A program made the position numbers and the translations under genes. DNA of 62,498 nucleotides, the filler included. It is 6 parts of 6 records of this genome, joined end to end, with 100 filler letters (N's around TTAATTAATTAA, not from the genome) between each part and the next. Parts side by side here need not be neighbours in the genome. Positions count along the whole stretch, not along the records: positions 1 to 21,840 come from SRR31156797_12517; positions 21,941 to 27,863 come from SRR31156797_12534; positions 27,964 to 39,857 come from SRR31156797_12540; 3 more parts are not named here. One strand, 5' to 3'. Positions 20,536 through 30,398 of the stretch are shown piece after piece. The notes below the pieces were generated by a model, which saw only the letters and a list, made by a program, of their open reading frames with translations, was not told the DNA's origin and made no database searches. Position 1 is the first letter of the stretch. Each line of letters begins with the position of its first letter.

Positions 20536-20955
20536 ATGTCACAAAAAATACAATTTCAGAAAAACATCTATACCTACCAGATAGACTACAACCGGCATGT
20601 GAACAATATTGTCTATATTAAGTGGATGGAAATTGGTCGAATAAAACTGCTTGAGGCTGTGGGCATGCCTGTACACAAAATTGATGAGAAGGGATTTGCA
20701 CCAGTACTCATAGAGACCCAGATCCGCTATAAACGGCCCCTCTTTCTTGGCGATACGGTTGATATAAGTGTGTGGTTATCGGAAATAACCAAACTGCATG
20801 CCTGGATGGAGTTCAGCTTTCACAACCCTGGCGGCGAGTTAACAGCAAGGGGCAGGCAAAGAGGGCTCTTCGTTGACCTGAAAAGCCAGCGACTGATGCG
20901 TCTAAACGAAGAACAGCTTGCCGCCTTCCAGCCCTTTGTCAAACAGAAAAAGTAA
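20536..20955 (+). CDS. Acyl-CoA thioesterase (4HBT/YbgC family)
   Basis: IDYNRHVNNIVYIKWMEIGR, IRYKRPL. Confidence 0.9.
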   Translation: MSQKIQFQKNIYTYQIDYNRHVNNIVYIKWMEIGRIKLLEAVGMPVHKIDEKGFAPVLIETQIRYKRPLFLGDTVDISVWLSEITKLHAWMEFSFHNPGGELTARGRQRGLFVDLKSQRLMRLNEEQLAAFQPFVKQKK

Positions 20956-21068
20956 GTACATTTCGCCATCCTTCACTTTCCCTGCAGTTGACCGGATAGT
21001 AAAAGAAGCACGGTCCTACCTGTAGGCAGCACACATGCTTCCCGGTGTGGTCATGTTTTATATTACAG

Positions 21069-21536
21069 CTACTTTGCAGCAGGATAATAAACACTTAACG
21101 CCTGAATACTTTTCGTTAGTTCCTGGCCATATTTTACCTCAGCATGCTGTTTTGCCTTCATCGCCGCAACTATAACAGCATGGTGCTTTTTCAAGCGCTC
21201 AACATAGTCTTCTTGGCTCACCTTAACCCGCTGGGTAAGAAAATAATCACTAATGGTGGTGATTACCTTTTGCGCATGCTGCTCCTTGTTCATAACCCAG
21301 CGAACAAGTTGCTGCTGTGACTGAGCATCACTCTTTCCTGCCAACTCAGTAACCAGACTGGCTGCCTTGGTTACCGTCACAGCATCCTCAAGCATCATCT
21401 GCACCCGTGTGTGATCATCATAAATACCGCACGGCACCTGGCAGTGAGCAAATACGTTTTGTGACCCCAAAATCCCCAAAGACAAAACACAAAACAAGGT
21501 CATCATAACGGTCGTTTTTCTCTTAACACCTTTCAT
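21069..21536 (-). CDS. sodN: Nickel superoxide dismutase precursor
   Basis: Signal peptide ending VFA, then Ni-hook HCQVPCGIYD; AGGAGGA RBS before ATG 21536. Confidence 0.92.
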   Translation of the reverse strand: MKGVKRKTTVMMTLFCVLSLGILGSQNVFAHCQVPCGIYDDHTRVQMMLEDAVTVTKAASLVTELAGKSDAQSQQQLVRWVMNKEQHAQKVITTISDYFLTQRVKVSQEDYVERLKKHHAVIVAAMKAKQHAEVKYGQELTKSIQALSVYYPAAK

Positions 21537-21840
21537 AACTTCCTCCTGGTTAGCATTGCACATTGAACGTTGGATTGTTATTCTTTACACCTGTAATAAC
21601 GAATAAAACATTCGGCAACAGAAAGAAAGCTGCATCATTTTTTATCCACACCACCTAGCAAAACACTCTCTTTTTTTAGTCCCTCTGGTCTTATCGACAA
21701 TACCCTAATGTTAAATTGCGCTCCAACACAGAACATGCTACCACTTCAGGATAAAACAATCGTAACTTCAGCGAAGATATGAAAACTGCTAATCGACCCG
21801 GAGCTGTAATTGTTCAGCAGTGCTCCAAATGTTCACAAGC

Positions 21841-21940
21841 NNNNNNNNNNNNNNNNNNNNNNNNNNNNNNNNNNNNNNNNNNNNTTAATTAATTAANNNN
21901 NNNNNNNNNNNNNNNNNNNNNNNNNNNNNNNNNNNNNNNN
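21841..21940. other. Artificial contig spacer
   Basis: N44-TTAATTAATTAA-N44 (stops in all six frames). Confidence 0.99.
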
Positions 21941-22145
21941 GGCAGTGCCTGTCCCTGCAAGAGTTATAAGCGATCCGTTCAAAATCACATGTGTCGCATT
22001 GTTCGATATGTCCCCCAAGCTGGGCAGTTCGGCAAATTTGAATCTTGTGCATTACCTTGAGCTTTTTGTATGACAGATTGTTTTTCTCCCGGTATTCTTG
22101 ACCGTAGAGGCGAAATATGTCAGCCACTTCATATGTATTTTTCAT
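21941..22145 (-). CDS. IS91-family transposase, N-terminal zinc-binding domain (partial)
   Basis: EVADIFR...[16 protein letters not shown]...YNSCRDRHC. Confidence 0.93.
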
Positions 22146-23004
22146 TTTTCACCCTCCTGTTCTTCATACATGGCATCCAGAGGGCTTTTGAAATCAGTGG
22201 TCTTTTGTTGAATCAAATGAAGGTAAACAATGGTTGTTTTTAATGAAGCATGGCCAAGAAGATTTTTAATCGTGTAAAGATCTGTTCCCTGGGCGAGAAG
22301 ATGGGTGGCAAAACTATGTCTAAGGCTGTGAAGGCCTCGGCCTCTTTCTATACCGGCTTTTTTTTTGCTTTGTTAAAACCGTCCCTGGCAGCGGTATAAC
22401 CGATATGTTTTTCCTGATTAACGCCAGGAAAAAGCCATTTCAAAGGCTTATACGCCAACCAATAAACCCTGAGTTCATCAAGCAGGTGTTTGGATAGAAC
22501 AGCATAACGATCCTTTCCGCCTTTTGCGTTTTCTATCCTGATCATCATACGGGATGGATCGCTTTCAATATGGATGGGCTTCAGTTTCACAGCCTCACCG
22601 ATCCTGAGCCCTGCACTGTAAACAGTTTTTAACAACACTCTGTGTTTTAGACTTGGAGCGGCTTCAAACAGTCTTTTGACTTCTTCCACGCTTAGAATAT
22701 TGGGCAGTTTTTTTGTCCTGGGCCGTGGTGGCAGGCTAAATTTTCTCTCATCCCATTTTAAAACATTTTTATAAAAACAGGATATCCCGGATAAATTGGC
22801 ATTGCAGGTTCCCCAGGCCAGTTTTTTTTTCTGGTAAAGATAGAGTAGGTATTCTTGAATCTCTTCTTGCGTGATTAAATCCGGTGATTTGTTAAAGTGC
22901 AGTGCAAGTCTTTTTACTATATCCAAATAATGTTGAATAGTTACTGGCGAATAACGATGTAAGGTCATGAACTCCTTAAATTGCGTTCTCAGGCTTTTTT
23001 CCAT
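22142..23004 (-). CDS. Tyrosine recombinase with a -1 frameshift at an A9 run (22358-22366)
   Basis: Frame 1 has the SAM-like N-domain, YSAGLRIGE and KGGKDR, then stops at 22348; the -1 frame continues [21 protein letters not shown]...[16 protein letters not shown]...SPLD to TGA 22142. Confidence 0.88.
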
Positions 23005-23482
23005 TTTTAACCCTCCTTAATCGAATTAACGAAACCGGCGGATACGCCGTTGAAGGTATTATAAAATGTTTTGGAAAAAATGAAAAAGGTGGCGATTCCA
23101 CGAAGTGGTTCAGTTCATACCATTATTGTGGTTTTAGGAAAAATTCAAATTGGTAGGAATGGTAAATATCGGGATACACGTTAAATTGCTCGCCGTGTTT
23201 GTTGTTATCAAATTACTTATTGAAATATCGTAAGGCCCTAATTAGGGCCATTGACCTGGGACTACCACAATGGACAAGTTGTTCATTCATAAAAAACTGG
23301 TAGTTTAATATCACTTTTGCAATTACCCTGTGGAAATACTTGAATAATTCTTGTGGAATTATTTTCATCATGATACTCAATTTTTATATCACTCAAAGAT
23401 GAATGATATGCGTTCAACCGCATATATCGGATAAACGGAACCGTTCAACTACTTACCGCATTGCTGAAGATCTTATGGGAAA

Positions 23483-25096
23483 ATGATAAAAAATAATCGC
23501 GCCATTCTCTATTTCATATTCCTGATGGCGGTCCTATGCAGTTGTACCTCCACCGGTCATCACAGCCGAGTTGGACAGAACAACTCACCGGGTGCGAGGC
23601 TGTCGCCAAACGAAAGGCATCTATGGCAAGAACTCATGGCCGAAAGGGGATCCGGCCAGACCCGTATGGGTTTGACCATCACCTATCCCTATGATGGTGC
23701 TGTTTTCCCACCCGAAATGGCAGCCCCCACATTCACATGGAAGGACCGCAGTGCCGCTTCCAGGCAATGGCTCGTGGTTTTTCGTTTCGGCGATGACCAA
23801 AACCCATTTTATGCTATATCCGATATGCAGCAATGGACACCGGACCGAGCGACTTGGGAAATCATCAAGGCCAGGTCAGTGGCCAATCCTGCTGAAGTTG
23901 TGATATTCGGGGTCCGTTTCACACCAACGAAAGCGCTGACCTCCGAAGGCCGTATCAATATCTCCACTTCAAAAGATCGTGTGGACGCATTCATTTTTTA
24001 CCGTCAGGTTCCGCTGCCGCTCAATACCAGCACTCGCGGGCTGAAGCGAATAAAATGGCGTATGGGTGACGTTGCCTCCTATGGAAAGCCGACTGTGGTG
24101 ATGGAAAATCTGCCAACCTGCGCCAGCTGCCATCTTTTTTCAAAAAACGGTCGCCTGATCAGCATGGAGATGAATTACAAAGGAGACAGCGGCGCTCACT
24201 TCATTGCACCTGTGAAAGAAACCATTGTGTTGTCTGAAAAAGATTTTATAACCTGGAAAGATTTTCCGAAACCGGATCTGCTACCGCAAACCAGGGGCGT
24301 TTTTGCCAAACTGTCACCGAGCGGAAGCTACATGGTCGGCACGGTTAATGAGATATCCTACCTGGCACTGACCAATGATCCGGCATTTTGCCAGCTTTTT
24401 TTTCCGACCTACGGCGTGCTGGGCTGGTACGCTGTCGACCAGCGGCGATTCTACCGTTTACCCGGCGCTGATGGCCTTGAATTCGTGCAGACCGACCCCA
24501 GCTGGAGCTGGGATGAAAAGTATGTCGTGTATGCGCGCGCCAAGACCAGAAATGAATATCATGATGACATCACCAACATTCGCATTCAGGTCAAAGATGC
24601 CGACATCCATACTCTGAACCGCAGGTACCCGATCCAGTTCGATCTGTACCGGATTCCGTTCAACCACGGCCGGGGAGGGATTCCGGAACCTTTGGATGGA
24701 GCCAGCCAAAATGGAATGAGCAATTATTTTGCAAGATACTCGCCGGACGGCCGGTGGATCGTCTTTACCCGCAGCAAATCAGGCATTATGCTCCAGCCGG
24801 ACAGCGAACTCTATATTATCCCGGCATCCGGAGGCCGGCCTCGCCGGATGCACTGCAACCGGGAGCGGTTCAATTCCTGGCATAGCTTTTCTCCCAATGG
24901 GAAATGGCTGTTGTTTTCTTCAAAAGTCAATTCGGCGTTTACGGAAATTTTTATGACCCATATCGACGAAAACGGGATGGACAGCCCTCCTGTATGCTTA
25001 TCCCGTTTCAGTGACAACCGTTTTGCTGCTAATGTGCCTGAGTTTGTCAATCTTCCGGCTGGAGCGATCCGCAAAATTGTGCTGGCTAACAATTGA
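23483..25096 (+). CDS. TolB-like/PD40-repeat lipoprotein with a CxxCH motif
   Basis: Lipobox LCSC; CASCH; repeated SPDGRWIVF/SPNGKWLLF beta-propeller motifs. Confidence 0.8.
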   Translation: MIKNNRAILYFIFLMAVLCSCTSTGHHSRVGQNNSPGARLSPNERHLWQELMAERGSGQTRMGLTITYPYDGAVFPPEMAAPTFTWKDRSAASRQWLVVFRFGDDQNPFYAISDMQQWTPDRATWEIIKARSVANPAEVVIFGVRFTPTKALTSEGRINISTSKDRVDAFIFYRQVPLPLNTSTRGLKRIKWRMGDVASYGKPTVVMENLPTCASCHLFSKNGRLISMEMNYKGDSGAHFIAPVKETIVLSEKDFITWKDFPKPDLLPQTRGVFAKLSPSGSYMVGTVNEISYLALTNDPAFCQLFFPTYGVLGWYAVDQRRFYRLPGADGLEFVQTDPSWSWDEKYVVYARAKTRNEYHDDITNIRIQVKDADIHTLNRRYPIQFDLYRIPFNHGRGGIPEPLDGASQNGMSNYFARYSPDGRWIVFTRSKSGIMLQPDSELYIIPASGGRPRRMHCNRERFNSWHSFSPNGKWLLFSSKVNSAFTEIFMTHIDENGMDSPPVCLSRFSDNRFAANVPEFVNLPAGAIRKIVLANN

Positions 25097-25131
25097 CACC
25101 GGGTCAACTATTAAATAATTGGAGCCTAACG

Positions 25132-27555
25132 ATGCAAAAAGAACACTCAATCCTCATCCTGGTGCTTTTGGTCTTGGCAGGTTGCAGCACGCTGACAGCC
25201 ATGAAATTCGAGCGAAAGTACGGTCCTGCGCAAGGTGGCGTGAACCGGCTTGTGGATGCGCAGGGGCCGGGAGAAGTCTCTTTTTATAAGGATGTACAGC
25301 CCGTACTGGAGCAGCGCTGCAGCGTCTGCCATAGTTGCTACGATGCACCCTGTCAGCTGAAAACGACCTGTTACGAAGGCATTGATCGCGGAGGAATCAA
25401 GGACCTGGTCTACAATTCGTCCAGATTGGTTGCGGCCCCACCCACTCGCCTGCACATTGACGCCGACTCCGCCCAAGGATGGCGTGAATTGGGATTTCAC
25501 CCGGTTCTGAATGAAAGGAATCAGGTCCTGGTAGCGCATCTTAAGAACTCGCTCCTGAACCTGATGCTGCAACTGAAAAAGGATAACCCGATACCTCAGA
25601 CGGACCTGTTGCCTGAGACCTTTGATATCCGCCTAAACCGCGATTATGTTTGCACCACTGCAGAGGATTTCAAAGATTTCAAACAAAAATATCCTCTCTG
25701 GGGCATGCCGTACGCTCTGCCCGGCCTTACAGATAAGGAACATAAAACCATTGTGGACTGGTTGCAGCAGGGTGCACGCGTCACACCCAAACCACCGCTG
25801 TCGGACCGGGCGGCTGAGCTCATCGGGCAGTGGGAGGAATTTTTAAATGGAACCTCGTTGAAAGAACAGCTGATGTCCCGCTATCTCTACGAGCATCTGT
25901 TTATCGGCCGCATCCATTTTGAATCGCTGCCCGCCAGAGAGTTCTACCGTTTGATCCGCTCCACAACGCCCCCGGGGCAACCGGTGGTTGAGATCAATAC
26001 GGTCAGACCTTATGACGATCCCGGAGCAGCCCCTTTCTATTACCGTTTTCGAAAGTTCGAGGCGACCATCGCCGTCAAGGACCATACGGTCTACCGCATG
26101 ACCCGGCAAAAGATGGCGCGCTATCGCGAACTCTTTCTGGGGGAGGATTTTGTGGTCACCCAATTGCCCTCCTACGACCCAGCCACCACTGCCAACCCGT
26201 TTAAGACTTTTGCTGAACTGCCGGCCATATCCCGCTACAGATTCATGCTGGATGATTCCCGCTTCTTTGTGGAAGGATTCATCAAGGGGCCTGTATGTCG
26301 CGGGCAGGTAGCACTCAACGTGATCAACGATCATTTCTTTGTGGTGTTTTTTGACCCGATCGCTGATATCATCAGCAATGATACCGCTTTTCTCAGCCGC
26401 GTCAATAACTTGCTGGCCATCCCGTCCGAAAAAAAGGATACGTTGCTGCTTTTAAGCACGTGGCATAAGTACGCCAGCCTTCAGAAAAAATACCTGGTTG
26501 CCAAGGAAGAGTACCTGATGGAGCTGAATCCAGACAGAAAGGGGGCTGATATCCACCACATCTGGAATGGTGAAAATGTCAATCCGAATGCCCTGCTGAC
26601 GGTTTTTAGGCATTTTGACAGCGCCAGCGTCATCAACGGGTTCGTCGGTAAAATGCCTAAAACCGGCTGGGTGATCGATTATCCCCTGTTTGAACGGATC
26701 CACTATCTGCTGGTGGCCGGGTTCAATGTGTACGGCAACATAGGGCATCAGCTTGAGACGCGCTTGTATATGGATTTTCTGCGCATGGAAGGCGAAAACA
26801 ATTTTTTAAGCTTCCTGCCGATAGAAACCCGCCGGGTTTTATGGGCGGACTGGTATAAAGGTGCCAGGGAAAGTGATAAAAATTATTTGGATGAACAATA
26901 CCGGGGCCTTGAGCGCACCACCAGGTTGGTTTATGATACAGACGATCCCAAATCTGAGTTCTTTCAGAAATTGATCATTCACGCCGGAATGGCCGCAAAT
27001 CCGAATGATTTCATCAATCGCAGTCCCAAGGACGATTGGCCGGACGACAATGCCAGCCCGAATGAACACCGGGCCGACAGGGCCATGTGGCGGGTCGCCA
27101 ATGTTCGCGGTCGGCAGGTCCAGGCTCTTCCCGACGTCACGTTTGTTCGCGTCGTCATGGGCGACAATGCGGATGATCTGGCATATACAATTATCCGCAA
27201 CAAGACCCTGAGCAACAATTCCATGATGTTCCAGGAGGATCGGCGACGCCTTTTCGAAGATGACACGCTCACGGTGGTCAAGGGACACGTGGGCAGCTAT
27301 CCCAACGCTTTCAGTTATGTCCACATCGACCAGATCGAAGACCGCATTGATACCTATCTGGGAATTAGAAACAAACTCGACTATTACAACTTTGCCAAGA
27401 AATACTCCATCCAGAGGAACAGCCCCCACTTTTGGGAGGAGTCCGACTGGCATTACCGGAAATACCTCAAGGAAAAACCGGTTGAAGCCGGTGTGTTCGA
27501 TATGTTCCGTTTCCACCGGATTGCCGAAAAATCGGATTCCAATTTTTCCTGGTGA
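25132..27555 (+). CDS. cti: Fatty acid cis/trans isomerase (cytochrome c type)
   Basis: Lipobox LAGC; RCSVCHSCYDAPCQLK, GMPYALP, FIKGPVCRGQVALNVI, LYMDFLRMEGE, GSYPNAF. Confidence 0.92.
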   Translation: MQKEHSILILVLLVLAGCSTLTAMKFERKYGPAQGGVNRLVDAQGPGEVSFYKDVQPVLEQRCSVCHSCYDAPCQLKTTCYEGIDRGGIKDLVYNSSRLVAAPPTRLHIDADSAQGWRELGFHPVLNERNQVLVAHLKNSLLNLMLQLKKDNPIPQTDLLPETFDIRLNRDYVCTTAEDFKDFKQKYPLWGMPYALPGLTDKEHKTIVDWLQQGARVTPKPPLSDRAAELIGQWEEFLNGTSLKEQLMSRYLYEHLFIGRIHFESLPAREFYRLIRSTTPPGQPVVEINTVRPYDDPGAAPFYYRFRKFEATIAVKDHTVYRMTRQKMARYRELFLGEDFVVTQLPSYDPATTANPFKTFAELPAISRYRFMLDDSRFFVEGFIKGPVCRGQVALNVINDHFFVVFFDPIADIISNDTAFLSRVNNLLAIPSEKKDTLLLLSTWHKYASLQKKYLVAKEEYLMELNPDRKGADIHHIWNGENVNPNALLTVFRHFDSASVINGFVGKMPKTGWVIDYPLFERIHYLLVAGFNVYGNIGHQLETRLYMDFLRMEGENNFLSFLPIETRRVLWADWYKGARESDKNYLDEQYRGLERTTRLVYDTDDPKSEFFQKLIIHAGMAANPNDFINRSPKDDWPDDNASPNEHRADRAMWRVANVRGRQVQALPDVTFVRVVMGDNADDLAYTIIRNKTLSNNSMMFQEDRRRLFEDDTLTVVKGHVGSYPNAFSYVHIDQIEDRIDTYLGIRNKLDYYNFAKKYSIQRNSPHFWEESDWHYRKYLKEKPVEAGVFDMFRFHRIAEKSDSNFSW

Positions 27556-27863
27556 CTTCCCTAAGGAAACCGGGGCATCCTGACCGGTCCGTGTTGATCC
27601 CCGCCGTGAGCCCCCTTTATCATAGGGTGCTTCTAGGTAAAAGGAAGCGATCATGAAAATTTAAAAGTTACCATAATAACGCTGTGGGTAGCCGATTTAC
27701 GTAAAGCTACTAGAAAATCCGGGGACATCGTACCAATTAATCCATACTCAATTAAAAATGGTGGTTCATCAGAAAATCGCGTACTTCATATGAGAGTCAA
27801 AGTATCTATGGATGTTCTGGATAAATGGATTTTCTGCTTGAAATGAAGGAGTGGACATGATCA

Positions 27864-27963
27864 NNNNNNNNNNNNNNNNNNNNNNNNNNNNNNNNNNNNN
27901 NNNNNNNTTAATTAATTAANNNNNNNNNNNNNNNNNNNNNNNNNNNNNNNNNNNNNNNNNNNN
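27864..27963. other. Artificial contig spacer
   Basis: N44-TTAATTAATTAA-N44. Confidence 0.99.
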
Positions 27964-28420
27964 TCCCGTGTGTTTTTTGTAGAGCCAACCTGTCTTCAAA
28001 TTCGGCAATCCAATCAATCGGCAGGCCTTGGCCAAGCGCCCGATATTTTGTGGCTCCGGGTATCCTGCTGTAATCTATCGTCATTCTCCCAAGCTCTTGA
28101 AGTGAAATTTCACCGGCATCGTATAGGGTCTGGCACATTTCCCTCATTTCATCCATGGTCATATTCCTTGGATTGTACCTGGAAGCAACGTAGTTCCAGA
28201 TATCAGACGACGCCTTGGATTCACTCTGTGCGTCCGATCCACCGGCTTCACGTAAAGAATCGACGAGCATGCGCCTGGCCTGGTCGGATATGGTGACGGC
28301 GTCTTCTTTTGCCGGCGATGTATTCGTTGCGTTTTGCTTATAATTCTCATAATTAGGTCGTGTTTCTTTTGCTGAATGAATTCCGTAGGCGTTTACATAT
28401 CCGGATACGGGCGCTACCAT
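27964..28420 (-). CDS. Hypothetical protein (partial) with DxVTISxxAR motif
   Basis: GGAGG RBS; sigma54 promoter upstream; KEDAVTISDQARR and YNPRNMTMDEM motifs. Confidence 0.7.
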
Positions 28421-28480
28421 GACAACCTCCACTTTTCTCATTTCAGTTGATAATAAACAAATGTCCCCCTACTACTTGAT

Positions 28481-28496
28481 AGCAATAGAAATGCCA
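28481..28496 (-). promoter_or_regulatory. sigma54 (-24/-12) promoter
   Basis: TGGCAT-TTCTA-TTGCT on minus strand. Confidence 0.75.
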
Positions 28497-28768
28497 AATA
28501 ACCAATTTGGTTGCTTTCAGAGTTAATAGCTTGAATTTAAGTGGTTATTTACTCGACGGCCTCTCCTCTAATTAAATAAAAAACGGAAATTTTTTCCCTA
28601 ATCCAAACTCTCAGACATCCATCTTTTAAATTTCCGCAATTAATTAAAAGTTGGGTGTCATAATAAGGAAAATTAAATTAGGAGATAAACCGCTCTTGAC
28701 CGCTGTCGGGAATATAGATAAGAAGGATTTGGGGCAGGAAGCCGGAGGTTAATGAACAGGGGGTAAGT

Positions 28769-29260
28769 ATGGAAAGGGTTGACGCTGAAACACTCAAGTG
28801 CAGGAAGATAGGGATTGAAGACTTCCCGTCAGTTATTCAACTTGTTCTGGACGTCTTTGACAAGCATGTGGCCCCGAATTATTCCGAAGAAGGCGTTGTT
28901 GAATTTAAAAATTATTTGAATATCGATGATCTGACCGAAAGAAATGGAAAAGATCATTTTATGCTGGGTATTGACATTTCCGGCCGTCTGGCGGGCCTGA
29001 TTGAAGTACGAGAATTATCGCATATTTGTTTGCTTTTTGTCGAATCGGACAAGCAAGGTAAAGGAATAGGCGCTTTCTTATTAAAGTCAGCTATTGAAGA
29101 ATGCCTTCGCCAGAACCGCGATATTGATACACTAACGGTGAATTCCAGCCCCAATGCCGTGGGCGTCTACATGAAATTCGGATTTAAGCCCCTTGATGAA
29201 GAGCAGGAAAAAAACGGCATTCGATTCACGCCCATGCAGTTGGATCTGAAATCCGAATAA
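28769..29260 (+). CDS. GNAT family acetyltransferase
   Basis: LLFVESDKQGKGIG, VNSSPNAVGVYMKFGF. Confidence 0.92.
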   Translation: MERVDAETLKCRKIGIEDFPSVIQLVLDVFDKHVAPNYSEEGVVEFKNYLNIDDLTERNGKDHFMLGIDISGRLAGLIEVRELSHICLLFVESDKQGKGIGAFLLKSAIEECLRQNRDIDTLTVNSSPNAVGVYMKFGFKPLDEEQEKNGIRFTPMQLDLKSE

Positions 29261-29402
29261 TTTTTATATCTCAATACAATATGGGGATACTTTAATAACG
29301 GCCGCTGGATGAGAATTTCAGCGGCCTTGTTAAATTACCGGCTTGTATTTAATTAAAAATGGGTGTCTGTATGATTTGTAAAAAGAACTTTGGGCGCCGG
29401 GG

Positions 29403-30398
29403 TCAGAGCGGTTTCACCGGCATGCAGATATAAAAGATATGCTTTTTTTCCGGGTGTTCTTCCGGGTTGTTTTGAAACCATTCGTAACAGAGCCGGTCAT
29501 CAGGCTGGAAGCCGCTTGAAGGCAGCCAACCGCCCATTAATGAGTTCCAGGCCTCTTCATATTCGTCCCCGTTTATCTCAAACCTGGCCACGGCAAACTT
29601 GCCTCCGGGCACGACCATTTTTCCAATCTCGCCATCAACCTCCGTGTTTTCAGGCACGGTAATGCAAACGCTGACCCTCAGATTATCATCTTCGGTGATA
29701 TTGGGGTCGTCATGGTAGACAGCCAGCATTTGGGTTTCGGGAAAATTAAGCAGATTCCTGGGAACGGCCCAGGAACACAGCTTGTTGATGAGCCTTTCAA
29801 ATAAAGCCGAATCGCCTTTATACGGTCCGACATGGCGCACGTAGGCCACGTCAAGTTCCGGCAGCTCTCTAATTTCCACGCTTATTTCGTCTGTTTCCTT
29901 CATAATATACCTCCATTTCGTTTGGTTCGTCATGGGGTCAATATAGAAGGTAATTTTTGGAAATACTTTGCGCTGATTGCCGACCATTTGACCGATCTTG
30001 CTTTTATTCTTATATTCCCTGCCCGCCGTTAAATGGTCGCCGGACCGCCACTGGCTCGGGCTTACTTTAAAGGTTTCCTTGAACATCCGTGAAAAGACGG
30101 CCGATCCTGAAAATCCGCAATCCAGGGCAATTTCGGTAATAGATTTTTTATGGTTGTGAATAAGCTGATTCGCTGCTTTTTCAATTCGGACGCGCTGAAC
30201 AAAACGGTTCAGGGTTTGCCCGACCAGGGCCTTGAAAATTCGGTGAAAGTGGAAAGGTGAAAAATGAGCTACGCCGGCCAGTTCATCCAGGGAAAGATCC
30301 CGGTCGATGTTTGCTTCAATGTAGTCAAACACCCGGTTAATCCGGGCCATGTATTCTTCCCTTTGGGGATCTCGACTGCTTATCTCTTTTTCATTCAT
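29403..30398 (-). CDS. AraC family regulator with C-terminal GyrI-like effector domain
   Basis: FSPFHFHRIFK, IALDCGFSGSAVFSRMFK...SPSQWR; then VAYVRHVGPY, YHDDP, GGKFAV. Confidence 0.93.
   Translation of the reverse strand: MNEKEISSRDPQREEYMARINRVFDYIEANIDRDLSLDELAGVAHFSPFHFHRIFKALVGQTLNRFVQRVRIEKAANQLIHNHKKSITEIALDCGFSGSAVFSRMFKETFKVSPSQWRSGDHLTAGREYKNKSKIGQMVGNQRKVFPKITFYIDPMTNQTKWRYIMKETDEISVEIRELPELDVAYVRHVGPYKGDSALFERLINKLCSWAVPRNLLNFPETQMLAVYHDDPNITEDDNLRVSVCITVPENTEVDGEIGKMVVPGGKFAVARFEINGDEYEEAWNSLMGGWLPSSGFQPDDRLCYEWFQNNPEEHPEKKHIFYICMPVKPL

Larger units (their letters stand above)
21941..23116 (-). mobile_element. IS91-family element (tyrosine recombinase + Y2 transposase), truncated by contig edge
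   Basis: Integrase stop overlaps the transposase ATG; CCAC-GAA-GTGG hairpin followed by TTCAGTTC at 23098-23116 resembles a terIS end. Confidence 0.8.
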
